Source: Alphaproteobacteria bacterium
GTDB lineage: Bacteria; Pseudomonadota; Alphaproteobacteria; MPNO01
Length of the DNA stretch: 64,000 nucleotides
NCBI GenBank assembly: GCA_964291675.2
Contig: OZ219866.1
Coordinates: 832,001-896,000, forward strand
Reading direction: 5' to 3'
Positions 10,923 to 20,630 of the stretch are shown in pieces; the stretch's first letter is position 1; the number at the start of each line of letters is the position of its first letter. Below the pieces are notes generated by a model. That model saw nothing but the letters and a program-made list of their open reading frames with translations. It made no database searches and had not been told where the DNA came from. The translations under genes were made by a program, and so were the position numbers.

Positions 10923-11291
10923 ATGAGCGCGGCGACACTGAAGCCCGTCGCGTGGGTCGGCTCCAGTCGGGAGGATGTGAGGCGGTTTCCGAGCCCGGTG
11001 CAGGATAGGGTCGGCTTTGCGCTTTACCAGGCCCAGATCGGCCGCAAGCATCGCGATGCCAAGCCGCTCAAAGGGCTCGGCTCCGGCGTGCTCGAAGTGG
11101 TCGCCCGCCATGACGGAGACACGTTCAGGGCGGTCGATGCTGTCCGCTTCCATGCGGCAGTCTATGTCCTGCACGCGTTCCGCAAGAAGGCCAGGCGGGG
11201 GATCGCAACGCCGAAGCTGGATATCGCGTCGATCCGGCGGCGGCTCGCGGCGGCGAAGCGGCACTACCGCGATCTTCATTCCGGAGGATGA
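10923..11291 (+). CDS. RelE/ParE-superfamily toxin (Gp49/DUF891-like)
   Basis: KPVAWVGSSREDV, AKPLKGLGSGVLEV, VYVLHAFRKK. Confidence 0.9.
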   Translation: MSAATLKPVAWVGSSREDVRRFPSPVQDRVGFALYQAQIGRKHRDAKPLKGLGSGVLEVVARHDGDTFRAVDAVRFHAAVYVLHAFRKKARRGIATPKLDIASIRRRLAAAKRHYRDLHSGG

Positions 11292-11295
11292 GACG

Positions 11296-11634
11296 ATGGA
11301 CGGCACGGAAAGCACGGTGGAGCGCGGATCGGGCAACGTGTTCGCCGATCTCGGCCATCCCGATGCGGAGATCCACCTGGTGAAGGCGGAGCTGGTGTCG
11401 CGCATCGACGGGATCGTCCGCCGGCGCGGCCTCAAGCAGGTCGAGGCGGCAAGGCTGCTCGGCCTGTCCCAGCCGGACGTGTCGCGCCTGCTGCGGGGAG
11501 ACTTTCGCGAATACTCGGTCGACCGCCTGCTGCGCCTGCTCACGGCGCTCGGGCGCGACGTGGAGATCGTCATCCGCCGGCCCCGGTCGCGGCGGCCCGG
11601 GAGGCTGAGCGTCGAGGCCGGCGGGGCGCGATGA
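11296..11634 (+). CDS. XRE-family HTH antitoxin
   Basis: GSGNVFADLG, QVEAARLLGLSQPDVSRLLRG; directly follows the toxin. Confidence 0.9.
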   Translation: MDGTESTVERGSGNVFADLGHPDAEIHLVKAELVSRIDGIVRRRGLKQVEAARLLGLSQPDVSRLLRGDFREYSVDRLLRLLTALGRDVEIVIRRPRSRRPGRLSVEAGGAR

Positions 11635-11652
11635 GACCGCCGGGGTAGGGCG

Positions 11653-12111
11653 GTGCAGCGGACGGTCGAATCCCCGCTCGGCCCGCTGACGCTGGTCGCC
11701 GCGGACGGCGCGCTCACGGCGCTGCGCTGGGGGCGGGCGGGGCGCGAGGACGAGTCCAACCTGCTGATGCACGCGGCCGCCGCGCTCGCCGCCTATTTCG
11801 CCGGCGAGCGGCTCGACTTCGACCTTCCCGTGGCACCGGAGGGGACGGCGCACGACCTCGCGGTGTGGCGGGCGATGCAGCGCATCCCGGCGGGCGAGAC
11901 CCGGACATACGGCGCGGTCGCCCTAAAAATCCGCTCAAGCCCGCGCGCGGTGGGCACCGCCTGCGGCCGCAACCCGATCCCGATCGTCATCCCCTGCCAC
12001 CGTATCGTCGCCGCCGGCGGCGCGTTCGGCGGGTATTCGGGTCAGGGCGGGGTCGAGACCAAGCGGTATCTGCTGCGGCTGGAGGGGGTGGGGATGAAGG
12101 GAGGCGCGTAG
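11653..12111 (+). CDS. ogt: Methylated-DNA--protein-cysteine methyltransferase
   Basis: RAVGTACGRNPIPIVIPCHRIV active-site motif. Confidence 0.93.
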   Translation: MQRTVESPLGPLTLVAADGALTALRWGRAGREDESNLLMHAAAALAAYFAGERLDFDLPVAPEGTAHDLAVWRAMQRIPAGETRTYGAVALKIRSSPRAVGTACGRNPIPIVIPCHRIVAAGGAFGGYSGQGGVETKRYLLRLEGVGMKGGA

Positions 12112-12153
12112 GACGGACGCCAAGGGAAGAGAGCTTACGAAGAAAACATGCTG

Positions 12154-12182
12154 TTGACAGCATATGTAGTTTAATACATAGT
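12154..12182 (+). promoter_or_regulatory. Sigma70-type promoter with operator palindrome
   Basis: TTGACA-17nt-CATAGT overlapping TATGTA-gtttaa-TACATA. Confidence 0.65.
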
Positions 12183-12188
12183 CTCCCG

Positions 12189-12567
12189 GTGAGTTGGGTT
12201 GTCGAGATCGCCGATGAGTTCGACCGTGAGTTCGATGCTCTCGACGAAGCAGTACAGTTGGAGACCTTCGAAGATCCTGGCCCTGTCGCGGCTCCTGCAG
12301 CGTTTCGGGCCTCAATTGGGACGGCCGCATGTCGATACTCTCAACGGATCTCGGCACTCGAACATGAAGGAGCTGCGGTTTGGCACAGCGGGCGGGGTGT
12401 GGCGGCTAGCTTTCGCGTTCGACCCTAGGCGCACGGCCGTCCTTCTGGTGGCGGGCGACAAGTCCGGGGGAAGCGGGAGGCGGTTCTACCGGACTCTGGT
12501 TCGCAAGGCAGACGAGCGCTTCGACAGCCACCTTGCCAGGCTCGCGCGGGAGGGGGACCGGCCATGA
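12189..12567 (+). pseudogene. RelE/ParE-like toxin, frameshifted
   Basis: VSWVVEIADEFDREFDALDEAVQLE in one frame and ILALSRLLQRFGPQLGRPHVDTLNGSRHSNMKELRF in another; 10 extra nt (accttcgaag) at the junction near 12265-12274. Confidence 0.8.
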
Positions 12568-12890
12568 CGGGCAATGTCGAAGACCGGATCGCCCGGCTCG
12601 ATCCCGGCCGGCGCCGCAGGGTCGAGGAGCGGGCGGCGGCGCTGATCGCCGAGGAGATGACGCTGCGCGAGCTGCGCAAGGCGAGGCGGCTCACCCAGGC
12701 GCGCGTCGCCGCCGAGCTCGGCATTTCGCAGGACGGCGTCTCCCGGCTGGAGCAGCGGAGCGATATCCTGCTGTCCACCCTGCGCCGGACGGTCGAGGCG
12801 ATGGGCGGCAGCCTGTCGCTGATCGCCCGCTTCCCCGACCGGCCGCCGGTCGAGCTGTCCGGCCTCGCCGAGCCGGAGCCGCGCGACTGA
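12564..12890 (+). CDS. XRE-family antitoxin
   Basis: LRELRKARRLTQARVAAELGISQDGVSRLEQRSDILLSTL; ATGA overlap with toxin stop. Confidence 0.9.
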   Translation: MTGNVEDRIARLDPGRRRRVEERAAALIAEEMTLRELRKARRLTQARVAAELGISQDGVSRLEQRSDILLSTLRRTVEAMGGSLSLIARFPDRPPVELSGLAEPEPRD

Positions 12891-12904
12891 GCTGGCCCGC
12901 GGCG

Positions 12905-13162
12905 CTATTTCGTCTGCCGCGCCCGGACGTAGCTCTCCAGCACGCGGTTGATGCGCGTCTGGTAGCCTTTGCCGGGCGCCCGGAAATGGTCGAGCACCGA
13001 GCGCTTGACGCGGATGGTAATCTGCTCGGCCGGGTCGGGCTCGACCAACACCGCTTCGCGCCAGAAGGTTTCGTCCAGCTCCGGGATGTCGCTGAAGTCG
13101 ATGTCTTCGTCCTTCACCGCCGCGATCCGCTCCGGGGTCAGCGGCTTATCGTATGCGGTCAT
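12905..13162 (-). CDS. brnA: BrnA antitoxin
   Basis: IDFSDIPEL, ITIRV...GKGYQTRINRVL. Confidence 0.9.
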   Translation of the reverse strand: MTAYDKPLTPERIAAVKDEDIDFSDIPELDETFWREAVLVEPDPAEQITIRVKRSVLDHFRAPGKGYQTRINRVLESYVRARQTK

Positions 13163-13421
13163 ACCAGGCCTGCCTCTCCTTGCGCGACGCCGGGCGGGCG
13201 GAAATCAGCCGTATGCGTCCGCCGCGCTCCGTGTGGGCGACGACGACCAGAACGGCATCGCTGACGCGTCCGATGGTGACGTAGCGTTCCTCGCCATAGT
13301 CCCTGCGGCTGTCCCGCCGCGACAGCAGCGGCCCGTCGAAAATGCGCTTGGCCGTCTCGAAATCGATCCCGTGCTTGCGGATATTCGCGCTGTTCTTGGC
13401 CTCGTCCCACTCGTACTCCAT
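13146..13421 (-). CDS. brnT: BrnT toxin
   Basis: MEYEWDEAKNSANIRKHGIDF...RIRLISARPA. Confidence 0.92.
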   Translation of the reverse strand: MEYEWDEAKNSANIRKHGIDFETAKRIFDGPLLSRRDSRRDYGEERYVTIGRVSDAVLVVVAHTERGGRIRLISARPASRKERQAWYDRIR

Positions 13422-13471
13422 TAAGTGTATGTATAATTGGTATGGACGTAGGCTGCAAGAGCCGCCGCCGC

Positions 13472-14788
13472 TCAATGCGGCATCAGCCCGGGCAGCCAGA
13501 GGGCGATCCGCGGGAAGGCGATCAGCAGGACGAGGACCACGAAGGCGCAGCCGATATAGGGCGCGGCGGCGAGCGCGACATGGCCGAGCCTGGTGCCGGC
13601 GGGCGCCACCCCCATCATCACGAACAGCAGCAGCCCGAAGGGCGGCGTGGTCAGGCTGATCTCCAGCCCGAGCAGCATCACCAGCGCGAACCAGACCAGG
13701 TCGAACTCCAGCGTCTGGGCGAGCGGGAAGAAGATCGGCACGGTGATCAGCATCATCGAGACCTGGTCCATGAACATGCCGAACACCAGCAGGACGGCGA
13801 ACATGACCAGCAGCATGAGGATCGGCGCCACCTCGACATCGGTCGCCCAGCCGATCAGCCCGGCGGTGGCGCCGGAGAAGGCGAGGATCTGGCTGAAGGT
13901 CGACGAGCCGACGATGATCAGCAGCACCAGCGCGGTGATGCGGAGCGCCCCCATGAACGACTTGGCGAGCGCGTCCCGGGTGAGCACCCGGTAGGCGACG
14001 CCGAGCACCATCACCCCGAAGGCGCCGAACCCGGCGGCCTCGGTGGGGGTGGCGACGCCGAGGATGATCAGCCCGATGACGCAGAACACCACCAGGCTCA
14101 TCGGCAGGATGTTGAGCGCCACCGCGCGGGCGATCTCGCCCAGCGTCGAGGGCTCGACGTCGTAGACCGGCGCCGCCTCGGGATCGAGGCGCACCTGGCC
14201 CCAGATCAGCACCGTGTAGAGCGCGGCCAGGATCAGCCCCGGGATCACGCCGGCGATCAAGAGCGCGCCGATGTCGATCTCGGCGAGGCTCGCCAGCAGC
14301 ACCGCCAGCGCCGAGGGCGGGATGATCATGGCGAGCCCGCCGGTCCCCAGGATCGGCCCCATCGACATGTGGCGCTTGTAGCCGCGCCGCGTCATCTCCG
14401 GCACCATCAGCGCGCCCATCATCGCGGTGTTGGCCATGGTCGAGCCCGACAGCGTGGCGAAGATGGTGCCGCCCGCCACGGTGATGTAGCTGAGCCGGCC
14501 GGGGATGCGCCCGAAGCACTTGTCGAGCGCATCGAACACGCGGATCGCAAGCCCGGTGTGGAAGAACAATTCGCCCATGATGATGAACAGCGGCACCGGC
14601 ACGAGCGCGAAGATGGTCACCGATTCGACGGCGTTGACGACGATCTGCGGGAAGGCGCGGAACCCGCCCATGAAGACCAGCGCGCCGATCAGGTTGCTGG
14701 CGAGGAAGGCAAACGCGACCGGCACGCCCAGCAGCATCAGCGCGACCACGGCCCCGACCAGCAGCGCGGCGGCCTCGTACCACTCCAT
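13472..14788 (-). CDS. dctM: TRAP transporter large permease
   Basis: Polytopic membrane protein with IIPPS, ATPTEAA, TTPPFG motifs. Confidence 0.93.
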   Translation of the reverse strand: MEWYEAAALLVGAVVALMLLGVPVAFAFLASNLIGALVFMGGFRAFPQIVVNAVESVTIFALVPVPLFIIMGELFFHTGLAIRVFDALDKCFGRIPGRLSYITVAGGTIFATLSGSTMANTAMMGALMVPEMTRRGYKRHMSMGPILGTGGLAMIIPPSALAVLLASLAEIDIGALLIAGVIPGLILAALYTVLIWGQVRLDPEAAPVYDVEPSTLGEIARAVALNILPMSLVVFCVIGLIILGVATPTEAAGFGAFGVMVLGVAYRVLTRDALAKSFMGALRITALVLLIIVGSSTFSQILAFSGATAGLIGWATDVEVAPILMLLVMFAVLLVFGMFMDQVSMMLITVPIFFPLAQTLEFDLVWFALVMLLGLEISLTTPPFGLLLFVMMGVAPAGTRLGHVALAAAPYIGCAFVVLVLLIAFPRIALWLPGLMPH

Positions 14789-15301
14789 CTACAGCGATTC
14801 CGACTTGCCGGGCTGGCCGGAATAGTAGCTGTCGAAGCCCAGCAGGTAGCGCGCGAACTCGACCGCCATCAGCCCGAAGCCGAGCGGGAAGGAGGCGTAC
14901 AGCACCCAGCGCGGCATGTCGATCGAGCGGATGTCGATCTCGCCGGCGATCCAGGCGGCGATCGCCTTGTCGGCGCCGTACCAGACGAACAGCGCCGACA
15001 TGACGATGCAGAGCGCGTAGGAGAACTTGGCCGAGATCAGGCGGAGCATGGGCGGCATCGCCAGCATCAGCGATTCGACCACCACATGGCCCTTGACCCG
15101 GACCAGCCACGGCCCGCCCAGCATGGTGGCGAAGAGCAGGCTGTATTCGGTGAGCGCGCTGTACCACTGGAGCGGCTGGAACCCCGCCGTGCGCAGGCTC
15201 ACATCGACCACGATGCCGGCGAACACGAAGGCGAGGATCGCCGCGCCGAGCACGGCGAGGCCGTGGATCAGCCGGAGATAGGCGGCGGCGACGATCCGCA
15301 T
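14789..15301 (-). CDS. dctQ: TRAP transporter small permease
   Basis: Four TM segments, GHVVVE motif, lies between dctP and dctM. Confidence 0.9.
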   Translation of the reverse strand: MRIVAAAYLRLIHGLAVLGAAILAFVFAGIVVDVSLRTAGFQPLQWYSALTEYSLLFATMLGGPWLVRVKGHVVVESLMLAMPPMLRLISAKFSYALCIVMSALFVWYGADKAIAAWIAGEIDIRSIDMPRWVLYASFPLGFGLMAVEFARYLLGFDSYYSGQPGKSESL

Positions 15302-15331
15302 GCCGGCCGCCCGGCCCCTCCCGGTTCGCGC

Positions 15332-16327
15332 CTATTCGCGCCCGTGATAGAGCCGGCCGAGCTTCTTGGCGAGCGGCGTGCCGAGCCCGGCGAGGCGGTC
15401 CTGCACCAGCTTGTTGGCCAGCGCGCGGTACTTCTCGCCCGCCGCGGCGTCGAGATGGACCTCCTTCTGGCCGAACTCGCCGTTCAGGATCTCGCGCTCC
15501 TTGGCGATCTTCGGCTTCCACGAGAAGTAGTCGTCGATCTCGAACTGGGTGGCGTAGCGCACCAGCGTGTCCTTGCCCTTGCGCGACAGCCTGGCGAAGG
15601 CGTCGTTGTTGATCGCGATCACCGTGTCGAGCTGCATGAAGTTGGGATAGATCCGGTATTTTATGAACTTGGCGTAGCCGAAGCGCCGGGTCCACAGCTC
15701 GGGGAAGGCGAAGCCGTCGACGATGCCGCGCTGCAGCGCCGAGTGGATTTCCGGCAGATGGATGGTCACCGTGGTCGCGCCGAGCGCCTTGAGGAAGGCG
15801 TCGTAGGTCGGCACCGAGCGCATCTTGAAGCCGCTGAGGTCGACCAGCCCGTCGGCCCCCATCTTCGGCTCTTTCCGGAGATAGAGGTTGAACGAGACGC
15901 CGGCGTTCCACACCAGCACGGTGCCGTTGATCTTGGCCGAGACCGCCTCGTTGAACGCGGCGAGCCCGCCATTGGCGCGCGCGATCCAGGGCGCGGTGGT
16001 GTTGCCGGACAGCGCGTCCACCTCGGGGATGATGCCGCGGTGGTAGCTCATCGCGGTGAACATCACGTCGAACAGCCCGGCCTTGAACCCTTCCGGCTGG
16101 GCGGCGGCCTTGGAGATCTCCGGCCCGCCGATATAGTTCAGCCGGAACTCCCCCTTGCCCGCCTGGTTGGCGCCCTCGACGAAGGGCAGGAAGCTCTCGG
16201 AGACGAAGGGGAAGGTCTTGGGCCAGGCGCTGATCGCCTTCAGCGTCGCCTCGGCGAGCGCCTGCGGCGCGGCGAGCGCGGCCCAGGCGCCGAGCGCCGC
16301 TGCGAGCCATGTATCGCGTCGAGTCAT
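15332..16327 (-). CDS. dctP: TRAP substrate-binding protein
   Basis: Signal peptide, DLSGFKMRS, EIHSALQRGIVDG; GGAGG RBS. Confidence 0.9.
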   Translation of the reverse strand: MTRRDTWLAAALGAWAALAAPQALAEATLKAISAWPKTFPFVSESFLPFVEGANQAGKGEFRLNYIGGPEISKAAAQPEGFKAGLFDVMFTAMSYHRGIIPEVDALSGNTTAPWIARANGGLAAFNEAVSAKINGTVLVWNAGVSFNLYLRKEPKMGADGLVDLSGFKMRSVPTYDAFLKALGATTVTIHLPEIHSALQRGIVDGFAFPELWTRRFGYAKFIKYRIYPNFMQLDTVIAINNDAFARLSRKGKDTLVRYATQFEIDDYFSWKPKIAKEREILNGEFGQKEVHLDAAAGEKYRALANKLVQDRLAGLGTPLAKKLGRLYHGRE

Positions 16328-16588
16328 GTCGGTTCCTCCCGAATATGTCCGGGCGCCGCGGCGCTTCTTGCGGCTCGCCGTCGGGCGCGCGGACCGGAAG
16401 TGTGCTGGGCGGGGAGGATCGCCGTCAAGCGCGCGCTGCCGGGCGCGGCGGGCGGAAGGTGTATGCCGCTGGCGGCATGCCTGCCCGTATCGAATCAATA
16501 TGTACAGCGCCCGCGCTTTCTGTCAGACTGAGAGCTTGTTCCACGCTCGGTCGAACGTTTGGCCGAATTTTCGGGGGGGAGGAAGAAC

Positions 16589-17728
16589 ATGGTAAGGGGC
16601 GTTCCACTCAGGGCCGCGCTGCTCGGCGCCGGCGCTGCACTCGTATTGGCGCTCGGGCCCGCCAGTGCGCAGGACATGAACAAGGAGATCGAGGCCCTGA
16701 AGGAACGGGTGGCCGAGCTCGAGGGCAGCACCTCGGTCTCGATCAGCGGCTACGTCAAGGGCGACTTCTTTATCGACAGCCACAACGATCTGGGCGACGC
16801 CTTCGATCCCACGTCGATCAGGCTCGACGGCGCGGGGGGAGATGACGCCGAGGACGGCAGTTTCGGGGCTCACGCCAACCAGTCCCGCTTCCGGGTGGGC
16901 ACCAGCACCGACACCCCGCACGGGGCGCTGAAGACCGTCATCGAAGGCCATTTCTGGGGCGGCAGCTCGTTCAATCTGCGCCACGCCCATGGCGTGCTCG
17001 GCCCGGTGCTGGCGGGGCAGGCGTGGTCGATCATCGTGGACGAGGACACCTTCGCCTCGACAGTGGACTTCAACGGACCGGTCGGGACGAACTTCACCCG
17101 CCAGCCGCAGCTCCGCCTGAGTCTCCCCATCGGAGATGGCTTTGTCGGCCAGGCGGCCATCGAGCCGGGCATCGAAGGCAATGAATTGCCGAAGTTCCTG
17201 GCGGCGGTTCGCTACCGCGCCGGCTGGGGCGCCGTCAACGCGGCCGGCGCGTTCGGGCGGATCGATCGCAATATGGCGGCGGCAGACGCTCCCGCCGACT
17301 GGCAGGACGAGGGCGCCTACGCGCTGCATTTCGGGGCCAACTTCAACGTGGCCGACGGCACCAAGGTGGTGGCGACGCTGAACGTGACCGAAGGCTGGAA
17401 CCTGATCTGGGGCGGGGCCAACGGCGCCAGCGCGGATGCCTCCGGCAACCTGACGACCCGTCAGACAATGGGCGGAATCGCCGGAGCCTCGCATAGCTGG
17501 ACCGACGCCATCAGCACCGGGATCTATGTCGGCTGGGTGGAGAACGACACCGAGGACGCTGATCCGGGAACCAACGAGCGGCTGCAGACGGTGCACGCCA
17601 ACGTGTTCTGGAGCCCGGTGGCCGCGGCTAGCATCGGCTTCGAGGTCATGCACGGCTGGCGCGAGACCAACGACGGTGGCTCGGGCGAGGCCACGCGCTT
17701 CCAGGTCGGCGCCCAGTACAGCTTCTAG
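16589..17728 (+). CDS. DcaP-like outer membrane porin (copy 1)
   Basis: Signal peptide, short coiled coil, ISGYVKGD, LRHA, GQAWS, C-terminal QYSF. Confidence 0.85.
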   Translation: MVRGVPLRAALLGAGAALVLALGPASAQDMNKEIEALKERVAELEGSTSVSISGYVKGDFFIDSHNDLGDAFDPTSIRLDGAGGDDAEDGSFGAHANQSRFRVGTSTDTPHGALKTVIEGHFWGGSSFNLRHAHGVLGPVLAGQAWSIIVDEDTFASTVDFNGPVGTNFTRQPQLRLSLPIGDGFVGQAAIEPGIEGNELPKFLAAVRYRAGWGAVNAAGAFGRIDRNMAAADAPADWQDEGAYALHFGANFNVADGTKVVATLNVTEGWNLIWGGANGASADASGNLTTRQTMGGIAGASHSWTDAISTGIYVGWVENDTEDADPGTNERLQTVHANVFWSPVAAASIGFEVMHGWRETNDGGSGEATRFQVGAQYSF

Positions 17729-17995
17729 GCGTCAAGCCGGGGGCGGGCGCCGTCCGCCCCCGGCCCCGCGCCGCCGGGAAATCGGCGGCGTCGCGGATCG
17801 CCATGCGGCGATCGGCTCCAGTTCGACCCTTCCTCTTGCAGAGCGCTTCGCGCGCACGCCGGCGCATGTGCCCTGCGCGGCCCAGGAGCGCCGCGCATGT
17901 ACACGTATCGGGCTCTCTTGTAATACTGTAATGCGGCTACGACGTTTCCTGGTTTCTGTCGGCTATTCGGCCGAATATTTGTTGAGGAGATTGAC

Positions 17996-19228
17996 ATGAT
18001 CGGGAGGGCGCCGCTCGGGGCAGCGCTGCTCGTTGCGGGCGCCGCCGTGGTGCTGGGGCCCGGGCCGGCCGGCGGCGCCGAGACCGGCGGCATCGAGGCA
18101 GAGATCGAATCCCTGGACAAACGGCTGGACCGGCTCGAGGCGTCGCTGACCGGGCCGGTGGAACGGGCGGTGGCCGCCGGCGTCGAGAGCGGGTGGTGGC
18201 GGATACCGGGGACCGACAGCTGGATCTCCGTCGGCGGTTACGTCAAGGGCGATTTCCATTTCGACAGCGGCAGGGATCTCGGCGATTTTTTCGTTCCCGG
18301 ACGCATCGGGCTGGACGGCCAGACAGTCCCCGGGGACGAGGACGGCGCGGTCGGGATGCACGCCCGGGAGACGCGCCTGCGCGTGGTCACCCACACGCCC
18401 AGCGCGCTCGGCGCGCTCGGCGCCGTCATCGAGACCGATTTCTACGGCGGCGGCGACGCGCTCAGGCTGCGCCACGCCGCCGCCAGGCTCGGGCCGGTGC
18501 TGGCGGGGCAAGCGTGGTCGCTGCTCGTCGACGGGGACATGGCCGCCGACACGGTCGATCTCGCCGGGCCGGTCGGGACCTACGTGCACCGCGAACCGCA
18601 GCTCCGTCTCAGCCTGGACATGGCGCCCGGCCTCGTCGGCCAGGCGGCCGTCGAGCCGGGGCTGGAGGGCAACGAGCTGCCGAGCTTGCTCGCGGCGCTG
18701 CGCTACCGCTCCGGCTGGGGCGGGGTCAGCGCGTCCGGCGCGATCGGACGGGTCGACCGCGACGGGGAGACCGAGGGCGCCCACGCGATCGCTCTGGGAG
18801 CCTTTTTCGACGTGACCGACGCCACCAGGCTGACGGCGACGTTCGGCAGGACCAGCGGCATCAGGCTGATCTGGGGCGGCGGCCCCGGCGCGGTCATGGC
18901 CCGCGGCGACCTCAAGGTCCAGGAGTCGACGGGCGGCACCGCCGGGGTCTCGCATCGCTGGTCGGATACCGTCCGCAGCGGGGCGTATTTCGGCTGGGTG
19001 GAGAATGACACCGCCGAGGGCGCCCCGGCCCGGCTGTCGGCGGGGCGCAACAAGGCGCTGCGGACGCTCCACGTCAACGTCTTCTGGAGCCCGGTGCCCC
19101 GGGCGGATATCGGCTTCGAGATCATGCATGGCTGGCGCGAGACCTACCCCAGGCCCGGCCGGGGCCGGCCGGCGCCGACCGAGGGCGAGGCGACGCGCGC
19201 CCAGCTCGGCGTGAAGTACAGCTTCTAG
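17996..19228 (+). CDS. DcaP-like outer membrane porin (copy 2)
   Basis: Paralog of 16589-17728: VGGYVKGD, LRLRHA, GQAWS, C-terminal KYSF. Confidence 0.85.
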   Translation: MIGRAPLGAALLVAGAAVVLGPGPAGGAETGGIEAEIESLDKRLDRLEASLTGPVERAVAAGVESGWWRIPGTDSWISVGGYVKGDFHFDSGRDLGDFFVPGRIGLDGQTVPGDEDGAVGMHARETRLRVVTHTPSALGALGAVIETDFYGGGDALRLRHAAARLGPVLAGQAWSLLVDGDMAADTVDLAGPVGTYVHREPQLRLSLDMAPGLVGQAAVEPGLEGNELPSLLAALRYRSGWGGVSASGAIGRVDRDGETEGAHAIALGAFFDVTDATRLTATFGRTSGIRLIWGGGPGAVMARGDLKVQESTGGTAGVSHRWSDTVRSGAYFGWVENDTAEGAPARLSAGRNKALRTLHVNVFWSPVPRADIGFEIMHGWRETYPRPGRGRPAPTEGEATRAQLGVKYSF

Positions 19229-20174
19229 CCGTCCGCGCCCTGGGCCGTTCCGAACAGCTCGTCCATCGCCACCACCCGGTGTTGCGGGGCTCGATCCCGA
19301 GCAGCCGCGCCGGGTTGCGGATCGCCATCTTGGCGATGGCATCGAGCGACACCCCCTTCTCGTGCAGCACCTGGGCGAAGCTCCTGAACATGTCGGGCAG
19401 CTTCGGGCTGAAGGGCTGGCCGGAATCGGTGGCGATCACCGCGCAGTCCGGCCCCACCGCGTCGATCGCCGCCTTCATCTGATCGGCCGTCACCGCCTGG
19501 AACATCGGCATGCAGTTGACCGCGCAGTACTCCATCAGGCAGCCGGCGCGGGCGAGCTCGACCTGGGCGTCGATCGAGAGGCCGGGGCACTGCATCTCGG
19601 GGTGGGTGACGACGATGCGCCCATGCCCGCGGCCGATGGCGTAGTCGACCACTTCGCGGATCTCCGCCTCGCCGAGATGGCCGGTCGCCAGCACCGCGTC
19701 GAAATCGGCGACGATGTCGATCGCCGTCCGCGCATCCGCCGTCAGCTTCCCACCGTCGAGCACGGTGTAGGTGCCGCCGATGCCGTAGCGCGATTCGTTG
19801 GCGTAGCTGCCGGCGCCGATCGCCCCGAAGGCGCCGGGCGCGCCGAACACCCGGACGTGGTTCTGGGCGTCGATGGTCGGCATCCACACCACCTTCGCGT
19901 CCTGCTTCAAGGCCTGCTCGACCGCGCCCGGGTTGATGCCGCCGACGCCGCGGTTGAGCGCGATCCCGGCCCACAGGCCGAGTTCCGGCACCGCCTTGCG
20001 GGCGTGGTAGACCTTGGCGATCGTCGCCTCGAAATGGCTTTTGATCACGATCCCCAGCATGCCGGCCTCGCGGCACCAGCGCGCCACGTCGATCGAATCG
20101 CCGATGCGGCGGAACGGCGCCGGGCCGGTATGGACATGGGTGTCGATGAACCCCTCGACCGAGATAATCGTCAT
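19225..20174 (-). CDS. Amidohydrolase/PHP-fold metalloprotein (DUF6282-like); 1-nt frameshift near C-terminus
   Basis: IDTHVHTGP, IKSH, VWMPT, ATGH, VTHPE, ATDSGQ; adding one base at about 19276 yields ...VVAMDELFGTAQGADG-stop at 19225. Confidence 0.8.
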
Positions 20175-20252
20175 CGCGCCGCCCCCCTCGCGAGCCCCGC
20201 CCCATAACAGCAGACCCGCCCCCGCCTGGCGACCCCCCGGCGCGCCCCCCCA

Positions 20253-20402
20253 CGTCATGCGCCGGCCCCCGGATCAAGTCCGGGGGTGATCCGCGCACCC
20301 ATGCCCGGACTTGATCCGGGCACCCACTGCCGCCACAGCCTCTCCCGCCGGGGCACCCACTGCCGCCACCGCCGCTCCCGCCCGGGGCACCCACTGCCGC
20401 CA
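20253..20402. repeat. CGTC-tagged palindromic REP cluster plus three gggcacccactgccgcca units
   Basis: cgtcatg...cccccggatcaagtccggggg, catgcccggacttgatccgggcaccca; 18-mer units at 20318, 20351, 20385. Confidence 0.85.
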
Positions 20403-20502
20403 TCGGCTTTTCCTATGCCCCGGCCAAGCCGACGGTATTGGCGCCCGCGCCCCGCCCGCCCCACATCGGGAGGCGAGGCAAGACGACGAGGCGGAGGCAA
20501 CG

Positions 20503-20607
20503 ATGCGCGGCAAACGAGGCGGCCCCTCCGGGCTGATGGACGCTCTCCAGGGCGTCCTGGCGCGGCGCTCGCAGAGGCTGCCCGCGCGCTACCGCATCCG
20601 GTTCTGA
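20503..20607 (+). CDS. Putative 34-aa basic peptide
   Basis: GGAGG RBS, ATG, MRGKRGGPSGLMDALQGVLARRSQRLPARYRIRF; no homology recognised. Confidence 0.35.
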   Translation: MRGKRGGPSGLMDALQGVLARRSQRLPARYRIRF

Positions 20608-20630
20608 CCGCCCGCCCGGAGGAGGACGCG

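Noticed and set aside
10889-13445. Integron cassette array explaining the TA cluster
   Set aside because: No integrase, no attC-like RYYYAAC...GTTRRRY sites recognised, and modules have mixed orientation.
13146-16531. Very long ORFs (1054 aa, 1029 aa) and many similar Arg/Gly/Pro-rich ORFs across the window
   Set aside because: Shadow frames of real genes in high-GC DNA; only the last 91 codons of 13146-16310 are a real gene (brnT).
20318-20402. Three 18-bp repeats at 33-34 bp period resembling a mini CRISPR array
   Set aside because: Spacers are only ~15 nt and similar to each other, the unit is the tail of the REP family, and there are no cas genes.
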